The position numbers were made by a program, and so were the translations under genes. From positions 4,528 to 68,527 of the forward strand of contig DATIFP010000249.1 of assembly GCA_035455165.1 (NCBI GenBank): a stretch of 64,000 nucleotides of DNA, in the 5' to 3' direction. Positions within the stretch are counted from its first letter, which is position 1. Every line of letters starts with the position of its first letter. Positions 28,819 through 39,142 of this stretch are shown piece by piece. Source of the DNA: Blastocatellia bacterium (GTDB taxonomy: Bacteria; Acidobacteriota; Blastocatellia; UBA7656). The notes beneath the pieces were generated by a model. That model made no database searches. It had not been told where the DNA came from and saw nothing but the letters and a program-made list of their open reading frames with translations.

Positions 28819-30339
28819 ATGAAATTCGGCGCTGTCGAGAACAAAGCCCGCCTCGCCATCCTGGTCCTGATCCTGTCCCTTCTGTCACTTGTCGCTCTGA
28901 GCCTCGCCCTCTTCTCTCGAGCCGGCAGCGAACTCGCGTCCTCGCCGATCATCATCTACCTGTTCAGCTATCAGATCATCGCATTGGTGTTCGGAATTGG
29001 GCTCGTCTTCCTGTTGATCCGCTGGCTCCTCAGACCATATCGAAGAATGGTGGAGGCGGCTCGAGGAAGCCCAGTGCGCGCGTCTTCAGCGATGAGCGAA
29101 GGCGAGTTCGTGGCTCAGACCTTTCAGGCCCTCGTCGAACAACTCCAGTCAAAGGAGCGAGAGCTGGCGCAGCTCCACGCCGTCGAGCGACGGCGCGCGG
29201 AGCGATCAGAGAGATTCAGCGAACGACTCGTAGCCAACATTCCCAGCGGGCTTGTGACCGTGGATTCGAGAGGATTGGTCACATCCGTCAACGCGTACGC
29301 GATGAAAATACTCGGAGCCGCCGAACCCAGCGCGCGTTCCGCTCACGTGAAGCAGATTCAAACCGGCGAACTCCTTTCGCCTATCGTTGACTACCGTACT
29401 TTCTTTGGCGCTTCTCCAAAGATGGCATCGATGATCTCCGAATGCCTGGAAAAGGCGAAGACCTTTCGCCGCGAAGAAGTAGAAATCGTGTCTCCCGGCG
29501 GTAGCGTCGCGCGACGCATCGGGCTCAGCATCTCACCAATTTCTGACGCCTCGCAGAACGTCGAAGGCGCTCTCTGCCTGATGACTGACCTGACCGAAGT
29601 GATAGAGCTTCGTGAACGCATGAAACTGAAAGAGAACCTGGCCAATCTTGGGGAGATGGCCGCCGGCCTCGCTCACGAATTCAAGAACTCTCTCGCGACG
29701 ATTCATGGGTACGTTCAGCTACTGGACGCGCAAGCCGTGGGTCCGGCGCCAGAGAATGACCGGCGCCTGACGCTCGACTCTGTGCTGAACGAAGTCAGGT
29801 TGCTGAGCAAGCTCGTCACCGACTTTCTGAACTTCGCCCGCCCACAAGACCTCAATCTCGTCAAAGTGGATGTGCGCGCCATCATCGATGCCTGCATAGA
29901 AGAAGTCGAGTCTCACCTGCTCGACCCCACAATTGAGTTCAGTGTTGAAGGCGAGTTTCCGCAGTTGGCGGGCGACGAGACTCTACTGCGCCGCGCATTC
30001 ATCAATCTGTTTCGCAACGCCGCCGAAGCGATCGACGCGCACTCACCTCGAAAGCGGATTGTGGTGTCCGGGGCGGTGGACGCCGGAACCGATCGCCGTT
30101 ACGCTCACATTCGAGTCACCGATACCGGAACCGGCATCGCGCCAGAGGACCTTCACCGGGTATTCATTCCGTTCTTCACGACCAAGTCGCGCGGATACGG
30201 AATTGGCCTCGCCCTCGTTCAGAAGATCGTTGTCGCTCACGGAGGAGACGTCGCGGTTGAACGAAGCGACACCAACGGCACCGTCATTCACTGCCGCCTG
30301 CCTCTACTCCCGCCAACGGCAAGTATGGAAGACGAGTAG
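28819..30339 (+). CDS. sensor histidine kinase (NtrB-like; TM, PAS, HisKA, HATPase_c)
   Basis: H-box LAHEFKNSLATI, N-box NLFRNAAEA, and G-boxes DTGTGI and GYGIGLALV. Confidence 0.85.
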   Translation: MKFGAVENKARLAILVLILSLLSLVALSLALFSRAGSELASSPIIIYLFSYQIIALVFGIGLVFLLIRWLLRPYRRMVEAARGSPVRASSAMSEGEFVAQTFQALVEQLQSKERELAQLHAVERRRAERSERFSERLVANIPSGLVTVDSRGLVTSVNAYAMKILGAAEPSARSAHVKQIQTGELLSPIVDYRTFFGASPKMASMISECLEKAKTFRREEVEIVSPGGSVARRIGLSISPISDASQNVEGALCLMTDLTEVIELRERMKLKENLANLGEMAAGLAHEFKNSLATIHGYVQLLDAQAVGPAPENDRRLTLDSVLNEVRLLSKLVTDFLNFARPQDLNLVKVDVRAIIDACIEEVESHLLDPTIEFSVEGEFPQLAGDETLLRRAFINLFRNAAEAIDAHSPRKRIVVSGAVDAGTDRRYAHIRVTDTGTGIAPEDLHRVFIPFFTTKSRGYGIGLALVQKIVVAHGGDVAVERSDTNGTVIHCRLPLLPPTASMEDE

Positions 30340-30504
30340 CATACCGTGGACTAAAGTTACAGGCCTACCGACCATCTCAGCAAAGCCCTCACCTTGCCTT
30401 GCCAAGTTATTAGCTGCGAGCGTCTTAGCGTCCATCTGTTTTGGCAACCCAATTGCAGTGACTGGGGTGCGTTTCTCTTCGCGGTCCTCAAATCGGAGGC
30501 AAAA

Positions 30505-30975
30505 GTGGTCGCATTATCGAGATCAGCATCATCGGCGCGGTGGCGTGACGAGGCCGGACTCGGGCTTATGGAAGCCTTCGTCGCAATCCTCCTCGGATTG
30601 ATTCTCGCCTCGGTCGTTTTACATCTCGGGCGAATGGGAGTCGCGATGTACAAGCTGAACGCCACGACCGGAGGGATCGCTCAGGAACTCGAACTAGCAC
30701 GCGCGCAAGCGCTCAGCCGTCGCGCAAGTGTCAGCGTCTTCTTCGAAGCAAAACGAAAGAGGTTTGGCGTTGATCGCAACGGCAACGGGCGGTTGGATAA
30801 CTTCGAAGCGGAAGACCTCCCCACCGGAGTCGAGATATCAGAAGACTCAGTCGTCACGTTTGGAAAATCGGGGTACCTTGCGGCCGGCTCGAAGGAACCC
30901 AAGATAGTCATCAGCAATACCAGAAACTCCCGCCGCGTCAGCGTCTCCAAATCCGGCGTCATTGAAATTGATTAG
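30505..30975 (+). CDS. type IV pilin-like / GspH-FimT family pseudopilin
   Basis: GGAGG lies 5 nt before the GTG at 30505. It has a short basic leader, then G-LGLME with Glu at +5 and the hydrophobic helix AFVAILLGLILASVVL. The C-terminal beta domain is of GspH size. Confidence 0.55.
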   Translation: MVALSRSASSARWRDEAGLGLMEAFVAILLGLILASVVLHLGRMGVAMYKLNATTGGIAQELELARAQALSRRASVSVFFEAKRKRFGVDRNGNGRLDNFEAEDLPTGVEISEDSVVTFGKSGYLAAGSKEPKIVISNTRNSRRVSVSKSGVIEID

Positions 30976-31019
30976 TCTGTCGCGAAACCACTCGACGGAG
31001 TAGTGAATCCTCTGTCATC

Positions 31020-31068
31020 GCGGACGAGTTGTGCTTGCGGTCATTACTCGTCCGCCCTTTTTCTCTTT
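31020..31068 (+). terminator. rho-independent terminator
   Basis: 9-bp stem GCGGACGAG/CTCGTCCGC (31020-31028 / 31047-31055) followed by the T-rich tract CCTTTTTCTCTTT. Confidence 0.55.
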
Positions 31069-31167
31069 ACGCGTCCGGTTCTGGCTTCTCGGAGTCCAAG
31101 CCCGTTTTACTGAGGACAGGTTGTTGATAAGATAAACTCGTCTGTAGTTTTACTGCGAACGTCAGAT

Positions 31168-31755
31168 TTGATGATTGGCCATGTCGAAGGCCGAGGTTCG
31201 GTCAAGTTGGGAAACACTGTGCCGGGTGCCGATGGCTCAACACGAGACTCAATCGAGAGAGCACCTCTACCCTATGCTCCCCCGGAAGCACTCTCTCGCC
31301 CGCCAATCGACCAGCATCTCGAACGGATAGCGTTGCTGATGGACAGATCATTCCGGATCCCCGGCACCGACATAAGATTCGGCCTGGATCCGGTCATCGG
31401 GTTCTTCCTTCCGCTGGCCGGGGACGCAATTGGCGCAATTATCTCGGCATATATAGTCTTCGTATCGGTACGGTACGGCTTGCCGAAGATCGTAATTGCG
31501 AGGATGGTCTTTAACATCGCCGCGGACTTCGTCGTAGGCAGCATCCCGTTTCTCGGCGACGCCGCCGACTTCGTGTGGAAGGTCAACACGCGGAACCTCC
31601 GTCTGTTGAACAAGTACGCTACGGGCAAACGGGGCTCATTCTGGAGCGACTGGGCGTGGGTGTTGATATTATTCGGCGTTCTGTTCCTGCTGATCCTCAG
31701 TGGGATTGCGCTGATTCTCTGGGCCATCAAAGCATCGGGCGTGGGCTTGATCTAG
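31168..31755 (+). CDS. DUF4112 family membrane protein
   Basis: FGLDPVIGFFLPLAGDAIGAIISAYIV and IPFLGDAADFVWKVNTRN are the DUF4112 signature. The start is uncertain. Confidence 0.6.
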   Translation: MMIGHVEGRGSVKLGNTVPGADGSTRDSIERAPLPYAPPEALSRPPIDQHLERIALLMDRSFRIPGTDIRFGLDPVIGFFLPLAGDAIGAIISAYIVFVSVRYGLPKIVIARMVFNIAADFVVGSIPFLGDAADFVWKVNTRNLRLLNKYATGKRGSFWSDWAWVLILFGVLFLLILSGIALILWAIKASGVGLI

Positions 31756-32615
31756 TGAGTATCCCGCGCGCCGAGGGTGATCATCGCAACCTCCGGGCGA
31801 CACCAGAACCGAACATCGATAATTGAAGTCCCGACCCCGCGGCTGACGTACATCCTGGTTCCGCGGCGCTCAAACCAGCCTTCGAAGTACTCGCCCACGA
31901 AAGGCGGAGTCCAAACCGCCCCGACGACAGGCAACCGCACTTGTCCGCCGTGACTGTGCCCTGCCAGCACCAGGTCGGAGCGCCCCGCCATCTCTTCAAA
32001 GTACACCGGTGAGTGAAACAGAGCGATCTTGTACGCGGACTCAGGCACTCCCACGAACGCCTTTTCAAGATCGGGCGAGCCACCGAACACATCGTCGAAT
32101 CCGACGAGCCAAACGCCATCACGAACCTCGGCGCTCGCATTCAATAGAAGCGTTGCTCCCGCCGATTTGTAAAACTCCTGTTCGTTCTCCACCGGCCACC
32201 AATCTTCGTGGTTCCCCCGAACAACCCAGACGCCGAGCGGAGCGTGAAGCTCCTTCAATACATCGCGAAGCCCGGGATAGTCCGAAGTGACGTTGATCGA
32301 GTCGCCGGTGATGACTATTAAGTCGGGCTTTTCAGCCTCGACGATCTGTAACATATTTAGCTCTCGCCGGCCGAGACCCGATGTGTGGATATCGGTGAGG
32401 TGAGCGATCTTGATCTGCAAGTTCAATGGAGCGGTGACGGTATGATGGGTGACTTCAATCCAGTAGGGCTCGATCCAGAACGCGTAGGCGAAAATAAGAA
32501 TCGCCCCGGCGACCGCAAGCGCGAACACGAGTCGCCGCTTTCGAATCCACACCCAGCCCGAAATTTGAACTCCCTGCACAACCGAGGTTGAAGTCTGAGC
32601 TCCAGGCTCTTTCAA
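31752..32615 (-). CDS. membrane-anchored metallophosphoesterase (YkuE/calcineurin-like)
   Basis: DIH...GDS...GNHE...GHSHGG motif series, with an N-terminal TM segment. Confidence 0.8.
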   Translation of the reverse strand: MKEPGAQTSTSVVQGVQISGWVWIRKRRLVFALAVAGAILIFAYAFWIEPYWIEVTHHTVTAPLNLQIKIAHLTDIHTSGLGRRELNMLQIVEAEKPDLIVITGDSINVTSDYPGLRDVLKELHAPLGVWVVRGNHEDWWPVENEQEFYKSAGATLLLNASAEVRDGVWLVGFDDVFGGSPDLEKAFVGVPESAYKIALFHSPVYFEEMAGRSDLVLAGHSHGGQVRLPVVGAVWTPPFVGEYFEGWFERRGTRMYVSRGVGTSIIDVRFWCRPEVAMITLGARDTH

Positions 32616-32618
32616 TCG

Positions 32619-34280
32619 CTATACCTCGACGACCACTGGAATGATCATAGGCCGCCGACCGGTCGCCTTCTGAATGAACCGCTTCAATGCCACGCGAATC
32701 TTCTCCTTTATCACCGCGTAGTCGATTCGTTGTTCGTGCGTCGCAGTGGTCACCGTCTCTTCAATCAATCGCTTGAGCTCCGCAACCATGTCGCCCGAAT
32801 CTTCCTCGGGAATGAATCCTCGAGTCACCACTTCGGGTTCCGACTCGAGCTCGCCCGAAGTCGGATTGATCACGACTATTGGAACGACGATCCCGTCGTA
32901 GGATAGATGCTTGCGGTCGCGGACTACCATGTCCTCGACTTCTTCGTAGCTCGCATCGATGAAGGTACGCCCGACAATTTCCTTTGCGGTAATCTCTGCG
33001 CTTGATTCGCCGAGCTCCAATACATCGCCGTTCTCGAACACGACGATGTCCTCCGGCTCAACCAGTCCAGTCGTCGCCGCCCAATCCCGATGCCTGTATA
33101 GCTGCCGGTGCTCTCCGTGTATCGGCACCAGGAATCGCGGTCTCGTCGCCTCGATCAGTATTCTCAAGTCTTCCTGGCTGGCGTGACCCGAAACGTGGAC
33201 GCGTTCGAGCGAGCTGTCTATCACCAGGGCGCCGCGTTTGTAGCAGTGAGAGATCAATCGCGATATCGACGGCTCGTTTCCCGGAATCTGCCGGGCTGAC
33301 AGAACGACCGTGTCACCTTCTCCGACCGAGAGGTTCTTGTGTTGATCGGTGGCCATCTTCGCCATCGCGGACATGGGCTCGCCCTGGCACCCGCTGACCA
33401 GCAGGACCAGTTCGTCATCGTCCATGTTTCTCGCTTCCGAGGGAGTGATAAACATGCCGTCCGGCACGCGCAGCTGCCGCAGGCTGTCCGCCGTCTCGAC
33501 ATTCCGCAGCATGCTTCTCCCCAACAACGCGACGCGCCTCCCGTAGTCTCTTGCGAGATCGAGCACGATCTGAATCCGGTGAACCGAGCTGGTGAAGCAA
33601 CTCAGCACAATGCGGCCCTCAGCCTCTTCAAATACCTTCTCGAGCGCTGGAATTACCGCGCGCTCAGACTGAGTACGGCCGGGGCGTTCGGCGTTGGTAG
33701 AATCGGCCAGCAATGCGAGGACGCCGTTGTCTCCGTATTCGCTCAGTCGCTCGAGATCCGTCGGCCCGCCAATCACCGGTGTATCGTCGATCTTGAAATC
33801 GCCGGAGTGAATGACGACACCGACCGGCGTCGTCACTGCAACCGCGGTGCAGGAAGTAAGACTGTGCGAGACATGAATCCACTCGACCTCGAACTTGTCG
33901 AGGGAGACCCGATCGCGCGGCTCGACCGAGTGAAGCGCGACCGAGTCCAACAAGCCGTGCTCCTGAAGCTTTCGCTCGAGCAGCGCCAGCGTGAAATGAG
34001 TCCCGTACACCGGGACGTTGAGTTCTCTGAGCAAGAACGGCACCGCCCCAATGTGGTCCTCGTGACCGTGTGTCAGGACGATGGCTGAGATTTCATCGCG
34101 ATATTCATCGATGAACGAGAAGTCCGGAATGATGATGTCCACCCCGGGCGCGTCCTCTTCGGGGAAGCCCATCCCGGCGTCGATGATGATGGCTTCCCCG
34201 CCGCAGCGCATCGCCATCATGTTCATGCCGAACACACCGACGCCGCCGAGGGGAATAATTTCGAGTCTTTGTTCAGTCAT
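32619..34280 (-). CDS. rnj: ribonuclease J
   Basis: Metallo-beta-lactamase HGHEDHIG, a beta-CASP domain and the RNase J C-terminal domain. Length is 553 aa. Confidence 0.9.
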   Translation of the reverse strand: MTEQRLEIIPLGGVGVFGMNMMAMRCGGEAIIIDAGMGFPEEDAPGVDIIIPDFSFIDEYRDEISAIVLTHGHEDHIGAVPFLLRELNVPVYGTHFTLALLERKLQEHGLLDSVALHSVEPRDRVSLDKFEVEWIHVSHSLTSCTAVAVTTPVGVVIHSGDFKIDDTPVIGGPTDLERLSEYGDNGVLALLADSTNAERPGRTQSERAVIPALEKVFEEAEGRIVLSCFTSSVHRIQIVLDLARDYGRRVALLGRSMLRNVETADSLRQLRVPDGMFITPSEARNMDDDELVLLVSGCQGEPMSAMAKMATDQHKNLSVGEGDTVVLSARQIPGNEPSISRLISHCYKRGALVIDSSLERVHVSGHASQEDLRILIEATRPRFLVPIHGEHRQLYRHRDWAATTGLVEPEDIVVFENGDVLELGESSAEITAKEIVGRTFIDASYEEVEDMVVRDRKHLSYDGIVVPIVVINPTSGELESEPEVVTRGFIPEEDSGDMVAELKRLIEETVTTATHEQRIDYAVIKEKIRVALKRFIQKATGRRPMIIPVVVEV

Positions 34281-34374
34281 TTGTTTGGTATCAGTCGCTC
34301 ACCTTGCCAGGATGCATAGACGCTTGATCCATCAGCGGATTAACAAACGGCGATTATAGCAGAGTCGCGCCAAT

Positions 34375-35220
34375 TCATCGCTGACCGAGACGGGCACACA
34401 ACGACGCGAATTCCTCCACGGATAGCGTCTCAGCCCTCCTCTTCGAATCGATGCAAGCGGCTTCCAGAGCCGATTCCACGGGACCTCTGATTTCGAGCGC
34501 TTCCGCGGCGACTTTCAGGTTGTTCGAGATCGTCTTTCGACGCTGCGCGAATGAAGCCCGCACCAGCGCGAAAAACTTCGATTCATCCGCGACCTCGACT
34601 GCCGGGTGCTCCCGTACGGCGAGTCTGATCACTGCAGACCGTACCCTCGGCGGGGGCGTGAAGGCTGATGGAGCCACTTCGAATAGCTTTGTCGCTACGC
34701 AGTAGTATTGCACCATCACCGACAGGTACCCGTACGCTTTGCTTCCGGGTCCGCTGGAGATTCGATCGGCAACCTCCTTTTGAAGCATCAGCGTCATGTC
34801 GAACACCCGGCGTCGCAGCGCGAGCAACCGCTCGATGATCGGCGTCGAAATGTAATAAGGGAGATTCGCTACGACCCGCACGCGCGGCTGTTGGGAACGA
34901 TTTGTCCAGCGCACGCCGCGGCACTCTTCATCGATTAGCTTCTCCCAATCTAACTTCAACGCGTCCGCAGAGACAATCGAGAGGTTCTCCGCCTGCGTCG
35001 AGCGGCGCAGCTCCTCGACCAAATCTGCATCGATTTCAACCGCTACAACGCGACCGCTTCGCTCGCAGAGCATCCTTGTGAGCGCGCCGGTGCCGGGGCC
35101 GATCTCGATCACCAGATCAGCCGGGAGGGGAGAAACCGCGTCGATGATGCGCTGCGCGATCCGATGGTCAGTTAAGAAGTTTTGCCCGAGACTCTTCTTC
35201 GCCTTAATCAAACTTATCAA
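34375..35220 (-). CDS. rsmA: 16S rRNA (adenine1518/1519-N6)-dimethyltransferase
   Basis: SLGQNFL, EIGPGTGALT and NLPYYISTPI motifs. Confidence 0.9.
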   Translation of the reverse strand: MISLIKAKKSLGQNFLTDHRIAQRIIDAVSPLPADLVIEIGPGTGALTRMLCERSGRVVAVEIDADLVEELRRSTQAENLSIVSADALKLDWEKLIDEECRGVRWTNRSQQPRVRVVANLPYYISTPIIERLLALRRRVFDMTLMLQKEVADRISSGPGSKAYGYLSVMVQYYCVATKLFEVAPSAFTPPPRVRSAVIRLAVREHPAVEVADESKFFALVRASFAQRRKTISNNLKVAAEALEIRGPVESALEAACIDSKRRAETLSVEEFASLCARLGQR

Positions 35221-36278
35221 GCGACTCCGCGCAGTGACGGGTAGCCGGTCAACTCGGTGTAACCGGCAGATTCAGACATTCTTCCGTCGTCAAGATCAAA
35301 CTCGAGATTGCCAAGCACCCACTGGGTTGGGAGGCCTTGCTCAGCCGAGCCGCCCGGCAGAACCATTGTAAGCTTGTCGAATTCCGCAAAGTTCGACACA
35401 TCAGTGAGGTCGAATAGACCCGGCAGTGCGATCACGCTCGTAACTTGCATTCGAGCGAGCGTCGCGAGCACGGAGCCGAGCTCCGACCGTGCTGCGGCGC
35501 TCTGCGGGACCCCCTCGTCCAGCCTCACGACTTTTCTGAGCCCCCCTGCTTCGGCCGGCTCAATCTCGATGGGCACGACGACGATTTTCCGGGCGCTGCG
35601 CCTCCGGAGATCTTTCAGCAGGCTCGGTTCTGCCTCGCTTGCAACAACTACCAGTTCGCGATGACGCTCCCGGCGCACAGCAGCCTCGGCCACGATCTTG
35701 TTGACCTCGGCCCTCCCGCCAAGCAGCAAGGCATCGTACTCAGAAGCGGCTTGTAGAAATTGATCGGAGGGGAGCCACCCTGACATCAACTCGGGGGAAT
35801 CAAGCGGGTATTCAATGACACCATGAATGAACGGCGTGCCCACTGTGATGAACTTGAAATAAGTTTCGTTGAGCCGCAGAGCTCGTTCCTCCAAAAGTCC
35901 CACCTCCACGTCGATGCCTGCTTCCCGTAACTGCTCGATGCCGCGTCCGTTGACCCGGTGATCCGGATCCTTGACCGCGATCATGGCGCGCGAAATACCG
36001 GCCGCGATCAACGCATCCGTGCAGGGAGGGGTCCGTCCGTGATGGCAACACGGCTCGAGATTGCAGTACATCGTCGCGCCCCGCGCGCGTTCTCCAGCCG
36101 CTTCGATTGCGTAGGACTCCGCGTGATTCAAACGATCGTAACGATGATAGCCTTCGCCGACGACGCGCCCCTCATTCACGAGCACCGCTCCGACCATCGG
36201 ATTAGGACTGACAAGCCCGGCCCCGCGCCGTGCAAGCTCAATTGCGCGTTTCATCAGAAGTGTGTTCGTATCGAGCAT
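35217..36278 (-). CDS. ribD: riboflavin biosynthesis RibD-like protein (CMP/dCMP-type deaminase domain plus divergent C-terminal domain)
   Basis: The deaminase zinc motifs HAE...PCxxxxxxPPC (LEPCCHHGRTPPC) are clear. The C-terminal half lacks the usual reductase motifs I can recognise. Confidence 0.65.
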   Translation of the reverse strand: MLDTNTLLMKRAIELARRGAGLVSPNPMVGAVLVNEGRVVGEGYHRYDRLNHAESYAIEAAGERARGATMYCNLEPCCHHGRTPPCTDALIAAGISRAMIAVKDPDHRVNGRGIEQLREAGIDVEVGLLEERALRLNETYFKFITVGTPFIHGVIEYPLDSPELMSGWLPSDQFLQAASEYDALLLGGRAEVNKIVAEAAVRRERHRELVVVASEAEPSLLKDLRRRSARKIVVVPIEIEPAEAGGLRKVVRLDEGVPQSAAARSELGSVLATLARMQVTSVIALPGLFDLTDVSNFAEFDKLTMVLPGGSAEQGLPTQWVLGNLEFDLDDGRMSESAGYTELTGYPSLRGVA

Positions 36279-36371
36279 CTTGAAGTTGTAGAGGCGGCGC
36301 TCGGTGGCCGCCCCGCACCTGTGAAGCTAATAAAATTCCACGGTGGCGCGGCGACGGAGTGCCCTTACAGG

Positions 36372-37478
36372 TCAAACCTTATATCTCGCCGTTCGCGGAG
36401 TCTCGTAGCCCTCCAGAAGAATATTCTCCAGCCTCATCGAGGTGGTAGCCGTGAATTCGAGACCGTGGTTCTCGCCGCGCGCGAGTTTCGGATATCCCGC
36501 GGCCGCGATCATCGCAGCGTTATCCGTTGTGAGAATCGGGGTCGGATAGTACACCGGCGCACCGAAGTCTTCTTCGTCAACCTTTGATCTCAACGCACTG
36601 TTACAGGCAACACCCCCAGCAAGCACGATCGTACGCGGACGATGCCGACCCACCGCCGCTCGCAAGCGCGCCAGCAGAGATCGAATCACTTTGTCTTGAA
36701 AGCTCGATACCAGGTCGATGATCTTTTGATCGGGCTCGCCGCCCCCGATCAACGGCTCAACTCCCTGCTCTCTTACATATCGAAGCACCGCTGTCTTCAA
36801 TCCGCTGAAGCTGAAATCCAAATTTGGCGAATCCATTCTCGGAAGCGTGAACACGAGTTCGGCTGCTCGCGCATCGCCACTCCTTGCCAGCCGGTCAATC
36901 ACAGGTCCTCCGGGATAACCGAGGCCCAGAAGCTTGGCGACCTTGTCATAGGCTTCTCCGGCCGCGTCGTCGCGAGTCCTTCCGAGCACCGCATACTGAC
37001 CTTCTTCGGGCATCAGGAACAGAGTCGTGTGGCCCCCGGAGACGATCAGCGCGAGCGCCGGGTACTCGACCGGGGGGTTCTCAAACACCACCGAGTAGAT
37101 ATGACCTTCGATGTGATTGATCCCAACGATCGGTTTCTGCGCAACCATCGCGAGCGACTTGGCGTAGCTGATTCCAACCAGCAGCGAGCCAATCAATCCG
37201 GGTCCTTGTGTAACCGCTATCCCGTCGATCTCGTAGAGTTTTACCCCTGCTTCACTGAGCGCGCTGTCCACGACCGGAGCAATCCGATCCAGATGTTCGC
37301 GCGACGCAAGCTCCGGCACCACTCCGCCGAACGGTGCGTGAGTCTTTACCTGAGATGCGATGACGTTCGACCTGATCACTCTGCCTTCTTCTACTACGGC
37401 CGCCGCGGTCTCATCGCATGAACTTTCAATTCCAAGAACCAGCATTCGAAGTGATTCTACACGAGTAAGTACTCGCAT
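36372..37478 (-). CDS. tsaD: tRNA N6-adenosine threonylcarbamoyltransferase
   Basis: GIESSCDET and GINHIEGH motifs. An alternative start at ATG 37445 (MLVLGIESS) is equally plausible. Confidence 0.9.
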   Translation of the reverse strand: MRVLTRVESLRMLVLGIESSCDETAAAVVEEGRVIRSNVIASQVKTHAPFGGVVPELASREHLDRIAPVVDSALSEAGVKLYEIDGIAVTQGPGLIGSLLVGISYAKSLAMVAQKPIVGINHIEGHIYSVVFENPPVEYPALALIVSGGHTTLFLMPEEGQYAVLGRTRDDAAGEAYDKVAKLLGLGYPGGPVIDRLARSGDARAAELVFTLPRMDSPNLDFSFSGLKTAVLRYVREQGVEPLIGGGEPDQKIIDLVSSFQDKVIRSLLARLRAAVGRHRPRTIVLAGGVACNSALRSKVDEEDFGAPVYYPTPILTTDNAAMIAAAGYPKLARGENHGLEFTATTSMRLENILLEGYETPRTARYKV

Positions 37479-37638
37479 CGAAGCGGTCCTTTGGACTGCG
37501 CCGCCATTTTCGTCTTATCTCGCAACAGACACATCAGCCTGAGCGCGGCCAACTGATTGATGAAGTCAGGGTGGCTCACTCCTTAGCTTGGCGATAGGAC
37601 GTTTGAAGTAGTAGCATGCGCGCTCGACAGGAGAGCTC

Positions 37639-38649
37639 ATGAAGGCCGCGATAATCCGCGAATACAAACAACCGCTCGAGATTGAGCAAACCGAAGCGCC
37701 CACGCCGGGTCCCGATGAAGTTCTGATCAAGGTTGAAGCGTGCGGCGTCTGCCATTCGGACTTGCACCTAGCCGAAGGCGATTGGACTCACCTTCTCAAG
37801 ATAATCAAACGGCCGCTGATCCCCGGTCACGAGGTGGTAGGCCGTGTCGTACAAAAGGGCGACGTGGTCCGCAATCTGGACATCGGCGACCGCGTGGGTG
37901 TCGCCTGGACTCACTGGACGTGCGGAGAATGCGAATTGTGCCGCGAGGGACGCGAGAACCTTTGCCAATCGCAAATGATCACCGGGGCAACCGTCGACGG
38001 CGGTTTCGCCGAGCTGATGAAGGCCAAGGCTTCGCACGCGTTGAAGGTCCCCGACGAGTTGACGTCGGAAGAAGCCGCACCCCTCTTTTGCGCCGGCGTC
38101 ACGGTATATCACGCCATCAAGTCCTCGGGTATCAAGCCTGGCCAGCGATTGGCTTTGTTTGGCATCGGCGGGCTCGGTCATCTTGCGCTCCAGATTGCGA
38201 AGTGTTTCGGCGCGAAAGTCATCGCCGTCGATATCGCCGAAGACAAGCTCGATCTCGCTCGGCGGCTCGGAGCAGATGTGGTGATGAACGCGGGCACCGA
38301 GGAAGTGGTAAAGCAGATTCGCAGAATGGGGGGCGCTCACGTAGCCGTGGTGACGTCCGCGGCGAAGGCGGCTTACGACCAGGCTTTCTATGCCGTGAGA
38401 CCCAGTGGAACGCTGATGGTTGTGGGCATGCCGGCTGAAGATCTGTCATTCCCCGCGATCATGATGCGCGAGATTCGAATAATGTCTTCGGCAACCGGCA
38501 CTCGCGAAGACCTTCGCGAGGTTCTCGAGTTGGCGGCGTCGGGACGCGTGAAGTGCCTGATCGAAAAACGCCCGCTCGACGAGGTCAATCAAGTATTCGA
38601 CGAAATGCGACGGGGAAGGATCACAGGCCGGGTCGTATTGGCGATGTAG
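37639..38649 (+). CDS. zinc-dependent alcohol dehydrogenase (AdhP-like)
   Basis: GVCHSDLH, GHEVVGRV, the structural zinc motif CGECELCREGRENLC, and the Rossmann motif GIGGLGH. Confidence 0.85.
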   Translation: MKAAIIREYKQPLEIEQTEAPTPGPDEVLIKVEACGVCHSDLHLAEGDWTHLLKIIKRPLIPGHEVVGRVVQKGDVVRNLDIGDRVGVAWTHWTCGECELCREGRENLCQSQMITGATVDGGFAELMKAKASHALKVPDELTSEEAAPLFCAGVTVYHAIKSSGIKPGQRLALFGIGGLGHLALQIAKCFGAKVIAVDIAEDKLDLARRLGADVVMNAGTEEVVKQIRRMGGAHVAVVTSAAKAAYDQAFYAVRPSGTLMVVGMPAEDLSFPAIMMREIRIMSSATGTREDLREVLELAASGRVKCLIEKRPLDEVNQVFDEMRRGRITGRVVLAM

Positions 38650-38737
38650 TGAGCTGGATCAAACGCAGCGCGCCGCGACGAAAGCCTCGCCCCGTAGGCT
38701 CCCACCGCGGCGCGCATCCTGGGACACAACCGTTACA

Positions 38738-39142
38738 TCAAAAGGTACCGGCAACAATCGTCGCCCCGGACTGATCCGTCACAACGCACGTCGAACCGCG
38801 GCCAATCGGCGGGACCGTTTGCCCGTCATTAGTGTTGAGCTGCATCTCGCCAGCGAGGAACGCATCGATCGTCAACTCACCCACCTTTGAGTTGTCAATC
38901 AACACATTTAGCGTAGCCCCAGCCAGGTTGGCGTTTTCGACTTGTACCTTGAGCTGTGAGCTGCCATCTGCGCGCGAACGAGACTCGGCGACGCCCTTCG
39001 GAACCATACGATTGATCGCCGCTCCCGCAAGCCGCGCGGTCAGCTTGGCGTCTCCCGACTTCGCAATTGCAGCCGGCAATCCGATCGTCATACCGGCCAG
39101 TGACAACACTAACGCACCCATCATGAATCGTCTCGTGATCAT
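38738..39142 (-). CDS. secreted hypothetical protein
   Basis: AAGAGGAG lies before the ATG at 39142. It has a signal peptide (MGALVLSLAGMTIGLPAAIA) and a beta-rich mature part. Confidence 0.4.
   Translation of the reverse strand: MITRRFMMGALVLSLAGMTIGLPAAIAKSGDAKLTARLAGAAINRMVPKGVAESRSRADGSSQLKVQVENANLAGATLNVLIDNSKVGELTIDAFLAGEMQLNTNDGQTVPPIGRGSTCVVTDQSGATIVAGTF

Noticed and set aside
33339-34088. 249-aa plus-strand ORF inside the RNase J gene. Similar long antisense ORFs occur at 1354-2112, 22502-23302, 24560-25267, 36642-37421, 37740-38438, 41614-42249, 50777-51538, 59147-59749, 60219-60821 and 62002-62715.
   Set aside because: Each lies opposite a gene with strong family motifs. All are Arg/Pro/His-rich, low-complexity translations. 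I treat them as shadow ORFs, not overlapping genes.
36279-36371. Possible FMN riboswitch upstream of ribD.
   Set aside because: The gap is only about 93 nt. It contains a GGCGGC/GCCGCC hairpin that looks like the tsaD terminator, and none of the conserved FMN-element segments.
38668-38715. 10-bp GC-only inverted repeat GCGCGCCGCG / CGCGGCGCGC between the convergent adh and secreted-protein genes.
   Set aside because: It is probably just a bidirectional terminator-like hairpin. The loop is long (28 nt), there is no U-tract, and nothing distinguishes it further.
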